Shown: positions 1 to 7,494 of the stretch, piece after piece
How positions within the stretch are numbered: the stretch's first letter is position 1
Layout: each line of letters starts with the position of its first letter
IMG/VR virus record: IMGVR_UViG_3300020045_008320
Location: 1-24,874 of that record
Strand: one strand, 5' to 3'
DNA from: a virus
Lineage: Duplodnaviria > Caudoviricetes
DNA length: 24,874 nucleotides
Program-made: the position numbers and the translations under genes
The notes under the pieces: generated by a model
The model's database searches: none
The model's input: the letters and a program-made list of their open reading frames with translations, nothing else
What the model was told of the DNA's origin: nothing

Positions 1-2
1 AT

Positions 3-539
3 CGTTCGCCTGTTTTTTCGAAACATTTTATTGCTGTTCAAGTTATCCCAAAAGCAATGCATGGGATAACCCCGCGCTCTATCATGGGCGCTAATTGGTG
101 GCGCACACAAGCGAATATCGCCAAGGCAAAAAATAACAATTGCTGTTGGGCTTGCGGTGTAAATGTTAATGACGCGCTTTTTCATAAGCGTTTAGAAGGG
201 GCGCCAGTTTATGAAATAGATTATGAAAGAAAAGAAATGAAATTTTTAGAAGTGGCGGCGCTCTGCTATTGCTGCAACGCTTCTTTAAATATTGAAACAA
301 CGGAATCAATATTTTTAAAAGGGAATATGCATTTTTCTGTATTCCATAAAATTATTGAACACAGAAACAAAATGTGTTTTCTGTCTCCTTATCGAGAATT
401 AAAAAATATAGATTCAGGTTTTAATGAATGGGTTTATATAATTCAAAACACAAAATATTTTTCAAAGTTTTATAGTTTGGAAGATTGGCAAAATATTTAT
501 TCAACACAACAAAACGAGGTTATAAAAGATGGGAATTAA
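3..539 (+). CDS. HNH-like zinc-binding protein, probably catalytically degenerate; frame open to the window edge
   Basis: Frame is open from nt 3 (RSPVFSKHFIAVQVIPKAMHGITPRSIMG...). The pattern IPKxMHGxxPRxxxGxxWW...CWACG...LEGAPVYEID...ALCYCCN resembles phage HNH-family proteins (CxxCG...LEAHE...LCxxCH), but the His residues are replaced. Confidence 0.55.
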   Translation, partial: RSPVFSKHFIAVQVIPKAMHGITPRSIMGANWWRTQANIAKAKNNNCCWACGVNVNDALFHKRLEGAPVYEIDYERKEMKFLEVAALCYCCNASLNIETTESIFLKGNMHFSVFHKIIEHRNKMCFLSPYRELKNIDSGFNEWVYIIQNTKYFSKFYSLEDWQNIYSTQQNEVIKDGN

Positions 540-1776
540 AATCATTGATATAGACGAGGCGATTAACGACAACGGCCTAAAGATTTTGGTCTATTCGTTC
601 GCTGGCGCTGGTAAAACAGTTTTAACATCAACCACGGGGCAATCAACAATTATTTTGAGCGCTGAAGGTGGTTTGTTATCGCTCAAAAAAGTTATGCGTT
701 TGAATCCAGATTTGAAGAAAACGCACAAAGTTATTGTTATTCGTAACTATCAGGATTTACTTGAAGCTTATGAAATGTTTGCTGATTCCGATGAACGCTT
801 ATGCAACTGGATTGGCTTAGATTCTATTTCTGAAATTGCCGAGCAAGTTTTGACAGTTGCGAAAGAAGAAAACAAAGATGGGCGCGCCGCTTATGGTGAT
901 TTAACCGAAAAAGTTTTAGATTTGCTTCGCAAATTCCGCGACTTGCCTTTGTATAATGTTTACATGTCGGCAAAAATGGTTAACAAAGAAATTGACGGCA
1001 AGAATACTTTTGTACCTCTATTTCCAGGTCAAGGCATATCAAATAACATTCCATATTTGTTTGATGAAGTGTTTGCGCTTCGCGTTTTTGAAGAAACAAA
1101 AGGTGAAGAAACTATTCACAAACGTTATTTGCAAACCGTGAATGATTCTAAATATATTTGCAAAGATCGAAGCGGCGAGTTAGACGAATTTGAAAAAGCA
1201 AACCTTGCGCACATCTTCAAAAAAATTCGCGGATTTGATGAAGTCAATTTTGAATTAGACGAAGAGTCTAAAGAAAAATATTCACAAATTAAAACCGTTT
1301 CTGAAATCTATCATGATGACGATAACGAAGAAGAAAGCGGTTGCACCTATTGGCTTCATGAGCCAAGCGGCAAAACTATTGTTGCTCAACCAGATGATGA
1401 CACTAGCGAAATGTTAGCCGATGATGACGTGCGTGAATTGTCGTTTGAAGAGTGGCAAGAAATTACTGGTGTCGCTTCTAGCCAAGATGATGAATTGATT
1501 TCCAAAGTCACTGAAGAAGAAATTCAGGAAGGCGAAGAGGTTGAAGAGTTGTTAGCCGATGAGGTGCGTTATTGGCATCACACCGAACTTGATCAATACA
1601 TGCAAACCGAAATTGGAGACAATATTATTGATTTGTTGAATAATGAATTAATAGCTGAAGTCACTGAAAGTGTTTATTTAGAAAACACCGAGCCGAAAAA
1701 ATCGCAGCCTGTTGTTGAAACAAAACTTCAGAAAGCAAAGCGCGAAATGGAGGAAAAGCGCAACGCGGGAAAGTAA
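529..1776 (+). CDS. Sak4-like AAA ATPase/recombinase (AAA_24) with a long acidic C-terminal extension
   Basis: Walker A-like YSFAGAGKT, SAEGG, Walker B IGLDSISE, DGRAAYG, YLFDEVF and CKDRSG motifs. Followed by SSB and nuclease genes, as in the usual Sak4 module. SD GAGG upstream. Confidence 0.85.
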   Translation: MGIKIIDIDEAINDNGLKILVYSFAGAGKTVLTSTTGQSTIILSAEGGLLSLKKVMRLNPDLKKTHKVIVIRNYQDLLEAYEMFADSDERLCNWIGLDSISEIAEQVLTVAKEENKDGRAAYGDLTEKVLDLLRKFRDLPLYNVYMSAKMVNKEIDGKNTFVPLFPGQGISNNIPYLFDEVFALRVFEETKGEETIHKRYLQTVNDSKYICKDRSGELDEFEKANLAHIFKKIRGFDEVNFELDEESKEKYSQIKTVSEIYHDDDNEEESGCTYWLHEPSGKTIVAQPDDDTSEMLADDDVRELSFEEWQEITGVASSQDDELISKVTEEEIQEGEEVEELLADEVRYWHHTELDQYMQTEIGDNIIDLLNNELIAEVTESVYLENTEPKKSQPVVETKLQKAKREMEEKRNAGK

Positions 1777-1874
1777 AAAACGAGTTGCGCAAAGTTTTAA
1801 ATAAAGAGTTTTCTTTTATGCGCAATATTCACAAAATTTAATTTTATTCAATCAATCAAAAGAGAGTTTTAATC

Positions 1875-2375
1875 ATGGCAAAATTACCAGTAAGTTTCAA
1901 AGCTAAAGATGTTGTAGGTCGTATGGGTTTTGAAAATATCCCGAATGACGATTACACCGCGATTCTGGAAAAATCAGAAGCAAAAGTAACTAAAGAAACT
2001 GCGAGCCTTCCAAAATCGCAGCAAGTCACTTATTTAAATTTTCAGTGGAAGATTACTGAAGGCCAGTACAAAGGCCGCACTCTGTTTAATATTTTAAATA
2101 TTAACCACGAGAAAGATAACGTGCGCGAAATTGCAATGAAAGAGCTTGCAACTATCTGTGACGCTTGTGAAAAGGTTTCTATCAGCGACACAGAAGAGCT
2201 GCACGGAATAGAGATAACGATTGTCGTTGGCACTGATAAAGGCAGCGCTCAATACCCACCTAAAAATGTTATTCGCGGTTACAAACCTTTAAAGGGTGCT
2301 AAAAAACCAACGCTAGGAAAAGATGACGAAGAAGAAGCACCAAAGAAAAAAACTAACAAAGTTACATTTGGTTAA
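1875..2375 (+). CDS. single-stranded DNA-binding protein, DUF669-like
   Basis: FENIPNDDY...YLNFQWKITEGQYKGRTLFNILNI...ELATICDA...ELHG...KNVIRGY pattern; lies directly after the Sak4-like ATPase. Confidence 0.8.
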   Translation: MAKLPVSFKAKDVVGRMGFENIPNDDYTAILEKSEAKVTKETASLPKSQQVTYLNFQWKITEGQYKGRTLFNILNINHEKDNVREIAMKELATICDACEKVSISDTEELHGIEITIVVGTDKGSAQYPPKNVIRGYKPLKGAKKPTLGKDDEEEAPKKKTNKVTFG

Positions 2376-2386
2376 TTAAAATCAAT

Positions 2387-2414
2387 AAGCAAGGATGCTT
2401 TTTAATTTTTGGAA
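2387..2414 (+). promoter_or_regulatory. CsrA/RsmA-type binding hairpin (AAGC-AAGGAT-GCTT) plus a second GGA at the SD
   Basis: GCAAGGATGC matches the CAnGGAyG hairpin-loop consensus; a second GGA lies at 2411-2413, just before the ATG at 2422. Confidence 0.5.
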
Positions 2415-2421
2415 TTAAAAA

Positions 2422-3315
2422 ATGGTCGCTCTAACTTTACACAACACAACAAAAAAACTTTTAGATAATCGCCGCATAGCTAAAAAATATGGCCGTGGTT
2501 ATTTGGGAATGTCTTCCCTCGGTGATGAGTGTAACCGCAAATTGTGGTATGGTTTTCATTTTGTGTCGAAGCAATTTATTTCTGCGCGCACACAAAGAAT
2601 TTTTGATTTAGGTCATAAGTTTGAATCTATTATTATTGCAGAATTAAAAGAAGTTGGAATTCAAATTTATGCGATTAAAGATGGCCAAAAAATTGAGTTG
2701 ACTGGCATAGATGATGACCAAGAAACTTTATTAGGTTGTTTCGGCCATGAGTCTGGTCACACAGACGGGCGCGGGATTGGCTTCCCAGAGTTTCCAAAGC
2801 TTGAATGTTTAGTTGAATTTAAATCAATGAATGCGGCGAGTTTTGCCAGTGTCAAAAAATACGGTTATCAAGAATCGCACCCTGTTTATTATGCGCAAAC
2901 ACAGCGCTACATGAGAGAAAAGAAATTAACAAAAGTTTCTTTTATTTGCATTAATAAAAACAATTCTGAATATCACATTGAATTCGCTGATTATGACAAA
3001 TCTGTAGCCGATGATTTAGCGCGTAAAGGCCGAACAATTATCATGAGTGATGCGCCCCCGCCTAAAGCTTATCCAGAAGGTTATTTTAAATGTTTTAATT
3101 GTGATCATAATAAAGTTTGTCATCTTGGTTTTGATCCAGAGAAAAATTGTAGAACGTGCGACTTCGTAGATATTGCGGACAATGGCGAATGGCATTGTGG
3201 GAATAATGCCGCCAAAGATATGTTGAGTCTTGGCAAATGCGAAGATGAATATAATTTATCTTTAGATGAACAAAAAGCGGGCTGTGTTTTTTATAAAAAG
3301 GGGTGGAGTTTATGA
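2422..3315 (+). CDS. Cas4-like PD-(D/E)XK exonuclease with predicted Fe-S cluster (non-CRISPR)
   Basis: YLGMSSLGDECNRKLWY, GHTDG, VEFKS, YYAQTQRYM and C-terminal CFNCDHNKVC, plus an extra CRTC...C...C cluster. Confidence 0.85.
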   Translation: MVALTLHNTTKKLLDNRRIAKKYGRGYLGMSSLGDECNRKLWYGFHFVSKQFISARTQRIFDLGHKFESIIIAELKEVGIQIYAIKDGQKIELTGIDDDQETLLGCFGHESGHTDGRGIGFPEFPKLECLVEFKSMNAASFASVKKYGYQESHPVYYAQTQRYMREKKLTKVSFICINKNNSEYHIEFADYDKSVADDLARKGRTIIMSDAPPPKAYPEGYFKCFNCDHNKVCHLGFDPEKNCRTCDFVDIADNGEWHCGNNAAKDMLSLGKCEDEYNLSLDEQKAGCVFYKKGWSL

Positions 3316-3485
3316 GGCCAGATAGAATAAAAATGATTTTTGAATTAAAGAAAGAAAAATTATCAGATTATCAAAAAACTTTTCTAAGTCACTTAGTCGA
3401 TTTAATTAATAGCGGCTTAGATTTTAACACTGAGCAATCAGAAACACTCAACGCCATGTATGATGGCCTAATTTTAGGAAAATAA
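3312..3485 (+). CDS. small hypothetical protein (57 aa)
   Basis: ATGA overlap with the Cas4-like stop (3312-3315) and GGAG SD upstream; the next gene starts 2 nt after its stop. Confidence 0.7.
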   Translation: MRPDRIKMIFELKKEKLSDYQKTFLSHLVDLINSGLDFNTEQSETLNAMYDGLILGK

Positions 3486-3487
3486 AA

Positions 3488-4219
3488 ATGTTAAAAGACT
3501 TTCAAATGATCGCAATGGTTCAACTCCAAGATAAAATAAATTCTTTAATTAATAAAGATTGGGTTGTTGCGCAAAATAAATGGATGCTCGCGGGTGCTAT
3601 GGAGTTAGCAGAAGGAATAGACCACCACGGGTGGAAATGGTGGAAAAATCAAACGATCAATTTAAAACTTTTACAAAATGAACTTATTGATTATTGGCAT
3701 TTTGTTTTAAGTCAATCTATGGTTTATTCAGAAGGTGATTTAAACAAAGCATTTTATTTTTTAATGCCAAACAGTGCGAATTCTGAAGAAAGCCGCGAAC
3801 GAATTTTGTTTGATGGGTCTGGTTATATCATTGCCGAAATGAGCACCGTGGATAAGATGTTTTTATTGATTGGTTTAGCCGCATCTAAACGTTTTGAATA
3901 TTTCTTGTTCGAATCAGTAATGCAAGATTTGGAATTATCTTGGTCAGAATTATATGTTCAATATGTCGGCAAAAATGTTTTGAATATTTTTCGCCAAGAC
4001 CACGGATATAAAACAAACGAATATAAAAAAGAATGGTTTGGGCGCGAAGATAATTGTTTTATGATTGAATCTTTGGAGCTTTTTAGTGATCAAGTAAATG
4101 AGCCAGATTTTCAAGATGTTTTGTACAAATATTTTGAAAATATGTATTCTAGCTGGTTGGCTGAAGTAAATCATTCTGAAGAATTAGCAAACGATAAATT
4201 CAAAGGTGATCCAGCATAG
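3488..4219 (+). CDS. dut: dimeric all-alpha dUTPase (dUTPase_2 family)
   Basis: ELAEGIDHHGWKWWK, NELIDYWHF, YVGKNVLNIFRQDHGYK and GREDN motifs, typical of Campylobacter/trypanosome-type dUTPases. Confidence 0.9.
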   Translation: MLKDFQMIAMVQLQDKINSLINKDWVVAQNKWMLAGAMELAEGIDHHGWKWWKNQTINLKLLQNELIDYWHFVLSQSMVYSEGDLNKAFYFLMPNSANSEESRERILFDGSGYIIAEMSTVDKMFLLIGLAASKRFEYFLFESVMQDLELSWSELYVQYVGKNVLNIFRQDHGYKTNEYKKEWFGREDNCFMIESLELFSDQVNEPDFQDVLYKYFENMYSSWLAEVNHSEELANDKFKGDPA

Positions 4220-4223
4220 TTTT

Positions 4224-4261
4224 AAAAAGTTTGCACATTAGAAATAGTGTGCATTCTTTTT
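4224..4261 (+). terminator. hairpin: intrinsic terminator and/or operator palindrome
   Basis: AAAAAG-TT-TGCACATTA-GAAA-TAGTGTGCA-TT-CTTTTT: 9-bp stem (one G-U), GNRA loop and T-rich tail, between dut and the wHTH gene. Confidence 0.55.
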
Positions 4262-4279
4262 AATTCTGAGTTTAATAAA

Positions 4280-4513
4280 ATGATAAATGAAATTCCTATT
4301 CCACAATTAATAAGATTAAGAACAATAGAAATAATTTTAGATAATTATGGTTCGATAAACAGAAATATTATATGTCAATTATTTTCTATTGGTGTTGCGC
4401 ATGCTTCACTAGATTTAAAACTTTATCGAAAATTAAACCAAGATTCTGTTTTTTACAATAGAGTTTTAGGCAGAATAGAAAAGAGTATAGATTTTAAAAG
4501 AGTGATCCCATGA
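4280..4513 (+). CDS. stand-alone CapW/BrxR-like winged-HTH domain protein (77 aa, no WYL domain)
   Basis: QLIRLRTIEIILDNYGSINRNIICQLFSIGVAHASLDLKLYRKLNQDSVFYN...DFKRV follows the CapW N-terminal pattern as I recall it (RLxFIExxLxxxGxINRxDxxxxFGISxxQASxDLxxYxxxxPxNxxYD...F). ATG at 4280 is preferred over GTG at 4247, which lies inside the hairpin. Confidence 0.75.
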   Translation: MINEIPIPQLIRLRTIEIILDNYGSINRNIICQLFSIGVAHASLDLKLYRKLNQDSVFYNRVLGRIEKSIDFKRVIP

Positions 4514-4680
4514 TTAAAATATTCTGCCACCGATACAAAGTAAGTCACATAAAAAGAAGAAAGGTTATGAAGAGAGCCGCCAAAAATGGATTGTGCAAGA
4601 TGAAAGAAATAAATCAAGATGGTTTTCTTTACGAAATATCACAAGAAAATTTAAAATTGTTGCCGAGGTTTAAAAGATGA
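4510..4680 (+). CDS. small basic hypothetical protein (56 aa), absent from the ORF track
   Basis: Translates as MIKIFCHRYKVSHIKRRKVMKRAAKNGLCKMKEINQDGFLYEISQENLKLLPRFKR, with ATGA overlaps at both ends (4510-4513 and 4677-4680). Confidence 0.75.
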   Translation: MIKIFCHRYKVSHIKRRKVMKRAAKNGLCKMKEINQDGFLYEISQENLKLLPRFKR

Positions 4681-4901
4681 AATTAGTTAAAACAGAAAAA
4701 CCAAAAATAGAAAAAGAAGAAAATAAAAGATCAAATTATTTTTGCCGCGCTGATATAAACAAAAGGCCACATATTTGGTTTTCTTTTGGTCGCTGGCGTT
4801 ATTATTGTGCTAATGGGTGGATTGGTGGAAGAATGGCTGAAGCTTTTGTGAAGAGAAAAAACTTTGAAATTGATATGAGTATTCATAATGGGAGCAAGTG
4901 A
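4677..4901 (+). CDS. hypothetical protein (74 aa)
   Basis: GAGG SD upstream, ATGA coupling, and overlap with the helicase start. Confidence 0.7.
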   Translation: MKLVKTEKPKIEKEENKRSNYFCRADINKRPHIWFSFGRWRYYCANGWIGGRMAEAFVKRKNFEIDMSIHNGSK

Positions 4902-6504
4902 ATTCAAACCGCGTTTTTGTCAAACAGAATTTGCTGAAGTTTTATTTGATATAGTGATAAATAAAAATCCAAACCGCGATAGGCACCCAATAGGCGCGCT
5001 TCCAACTGGCGCAGGAAAAAGCCTCGCGATTTGCATGTTGATAGATTTGATCCTGACACACAATCCACGGTTTAATATTTTGGTAATGTGTGACCGTGCT
5101 ACTATTTTAAAACAAGACCACGACGACCTAGTTGATTATTTTGGCATTGATATAGGTTTATATTCTAGTGAATTAGAAAGTGCAACGATTAAAAAAATAT
5201 CAGTTGCAGGAATTCAATCAGTTTTTAGAAAAGGTCATTTATTCACGCATTTTGATTTTGTAATCATTGACGAATGCGACTCTGTTAATAAAAAAGATAA
5301 ATCAATGTATCGCAGTTTTTTGAATCAAATAGACGCCGTTTATGTTGGCACCACCGCGACCCCTTACGATTTGAAAGCTGGTTATTTGCATGAAGGCGAA
5401 AACGCACTGTTTACTGAAATAGCCGTGGATTGGACGCGAGGCGAAAAGTATCTGCAATTAGTTGAAGAGGGTGTTTTGCCCAGAATTTTATCGCGCCCAA
5501 CTTCTGTAAAGTTTGACCCCACTGGCCTTAAAAAATTAGCTGGGGATTATTCTTTAAAAGATCAATCAGAAAAATTTGACCAAGAACCGATTACAAGAGC
5601 CGCACTTATCGAAACCGCTTACTACGGCAAAAATTTTAAACGCTGGCTTTTGTTTGCAATTGATATAAAACACGCTGAAAATATTGGTAAAATTTTAGAT
5701 GAAATGGGAATCTCTAACTGTGTGATTCACTCTAAAATGGCCGCTGATAAAATGGAAATTTTAGAAGAGTCTAAAACAGGAAAATATAGAGCAATTATAA
5801 ATGTGGATGTTCTAACCATTGGCTACAATGATCCAAAAATAGATATGGTCGGTTTATATTTTTGCACTGAGTCCCCAAGAAAACACGTTCAAACTTCAGG
5901 CCGTTTAAGAGTTGATCCAGAAACGCCCTATAAGATCGTTTTAGATTTTGGTGGCAACTTTGCGCTAATGGGGGCGCTCAACAACGTTAGAATAAAAGAC
6001 CCTAACCGCAAAAAGGGCAAAAGCGAACCAATGATGAAAGTGTGCCCAGAGTGCGGTTTTTATTGTGAGATATTCGCAAAGTCTTGTGAAAACTGTGATT
6101 TTGTTTTTCCTGTTAAAAGTAAATTGAAAAAGAGCGCGGATATTGACGCCGAAATAATTAAAACAACTTTTGAAAAACCTGAAAAAATAAAAAAGGGCGC
6201 CATAGCTTGGGTTAAAGTTGACTCGATAAAATACGTGAAGTATCAAAAAACTGGCCGCCCAGATTCGTTTTTAGTGTGTTACACATGCGGCTATAGGGTC
6301 ATTAAGGACTATATAAATTTAGATCATGATGGCTACCCTAATCTATTAGCAAAAAACTGGCTGCGCTACCGCTGGGCTGGCGAAGGCAAAGCCCCAAGCA
6401 CAGTAAAAGAGCTTTTGGCTAACACGGATAAATTAAGGCCAGCGATTGAGATAAAAGTTGATACAACGGGGAAATTTGAAAAAGTAGTTGATTGCAAATT
6501 TTAA
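4888..6504 (+). CDS. SF2 DExD helicase, RadD/YejH-like, with Zn finger
   Basis: LPTGAGKS (I), IIDECD (II), GTTATP (III), VLTIGYNDP (V), QTSGRLR (VI), then CPECG...CENC. Confidence 0.9.
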   Translation: MGASEFKPRFCQTEFAEVLFDIVINKNPNRDRHPIGALPTGAGKSLAICMLIDLILTHNPRFNILVMCDRATILKQDHDDLVDYFGIDIGLYSSELESATIKKISVAGIQSVFRKGHLFTHFDFVIIDECDSVNKKDKSMYRSFLNQIDAVYVGTTATPYDLKAGYLHEGENALFTEIAVDWTRGEKYLQLVEEGVLPRILSRPTSVKFDPTGLKKLAGDYSLKDQSEKFDQEPITRAALIETAYYGKNFKRWLLFAIDIKHAENIGKILDEMGISNCVIHSKMAADKMEILEESKTGKYRAIINVDVLTIGYNDPKIDMVGLYFCTESPRKHVQTSGRLRVDPETPYKIVLDFGGNFALMGALNNVRIKDPNRKKGKSEPMMKVCPECGFYCEIFAKSCENCDFVFPVKSKLKKSADIDAEIIKTTFEKPEKIKKGAIAWVKVDSIKYVKYQKTGRPDSFLVCYTCGYRVIKDYINLDHDGYPNLLAKNWLRYRWAGEGKAPSTVKELLANTDKLRPAIEIKVDTTGKFEKVVDCKF

Positions 6505-6513
6505 CGAAAAAAC

Positions 6514-6543
6514 TTTACTTTTTGTCAAAAAAGCGTATATTCT
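6514..6543 (+). promoter_or_regulatory. putative sigma70-type promoter
   Basis: TTTACT (6514-6519), 18-nt spacer, TATTCT (6538-6543), in the intergenic gap before the 6600 gene. Confidence 0.45.
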
Positions 6544-6599
6544 GAAACTGTAGTTCAAGCTCAATAAAACAATCAATTAATCCAATTCAGGTAAAAAAT

Positions 6600-7412
6600 A
6601 TGAAAATTCTTTTTAGTGAAAAATTTAAGGCTTTGCGCACTGGCTTGTATATCGTTGCGGCTGCTGCTGTTGGTGAGTTTATCATTGACACTGATTTACC
6701 AGTTGACTCTAAAGAAATACCGACTGGTGGCATTTTGAAAAGCATTTTAGATGCCAACAAAATCGCTTTTAGTCAAAAAGCGACTAAAACCGAACTTTTA
6801 GAAGCGATTGAGGCAGGTGTTGAAAAACTTAAGCTCCCAACACAAAACGAAAAACCAGAATCAATGGTAGTTGCTGAATTTGTGAAAGAAGCTTACGAAT
6901 CAGGTGAACCAGTTGACGAAGACGAGTTGTTGATGAAAATCGTCACAGTCGGCAAAGTGAAGTTTAAAAATGCCGGTAAACTTTACAAACAAGCCATGAT
7001 TGATGGTGGTTATGCCGTTAGCAATAAAGACCGCAAACAAGCGGTTCATGAAATTTTGGTCGCTGCTGAATTTAGCCCCAACACTTGGGCTGAAGTTCGC
7101 GCCATGCTTGATCGTTTGGTTGCTGAAGTTCCCGCGACTGTTGAGAGCCAAGCCTATTCTTTGATCCGTGCGTATGCTAAAGAATTCGATATTTCTTTGC
7201 CTAAGCCAGAAAAAACATTGACCGCTGGCGGTGTTAAAGCGAAGATTCTCGACTTTATGTATAAGTCACCACTTTCTACAAAAGAAGATTTTTATTCTTT
7301 TGTTACTGAAGCGCTCGACAAAGACGAAAAAATGGCTGATAAATATTGGTCTATTTTTGAAGTCGGTCAAAAAATTGCAGCGGCTACAATCGCGCTTCAA
7401 TCTGCTGAATAA
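6600..7412 (+). CDS. hypothetical helical protein with a HeH/LEM/Rho_N-like motif
   Basis: LKSILDANKIAFSQKATKTELLEAI resembles the helix-extended-helix nucleic-acid-binding motif; flanked by a putative promoter and a terminator. Confidence 0.7.
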   Translation: MKILFSEKFKALRTGLYIVAAAAVGEFIIDTDLPVDSKEIPTGGILKSILDANKIAFSQKATKTELLEAIEAGVEKLKLPTQNEKPESMVVAEFVKEAYESGEPVDEDELLMKIVTVGKVKFKNAGKLYKQAMIDGGYAVSNKDRKQAVHEILVAAEFSPNTWAEVRAMLDRLVAEVPATVESQAYSLIRAYAKEFDISLPKPEKTLTAGGVKAKILDFMYKSPLSTKEDFYSFVTEALDKDEKMADKYWSIFEVGQKIAAATIALQSAE

Positions 7413-7435
7413 TTTTATTTATCATTAATAAAAAG

Positions 7436-7462
7436 AAAAGCCCGCTTAACGCGGGCTTTTTT
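7436..7462. terminator. bidirectional rho-independent terminator
   Basis: AAAAGCCCGC-TTAAC-GCGGGCTTTT(TT), between convergent genes. Confidence 0.9.
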
Positions 7463-7494
7463 ATATCCTTATAAAAACATCGTCCCTTTATTTA

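Noticed and set aside
2422-3315. Cas4-like gene as a sign of a CRISPR-Cas system
   Set aside because: No repeat-spacer array or other cas genes were seen; Sak4-SSB-Cas4-like is an ordinary phage recombination module.
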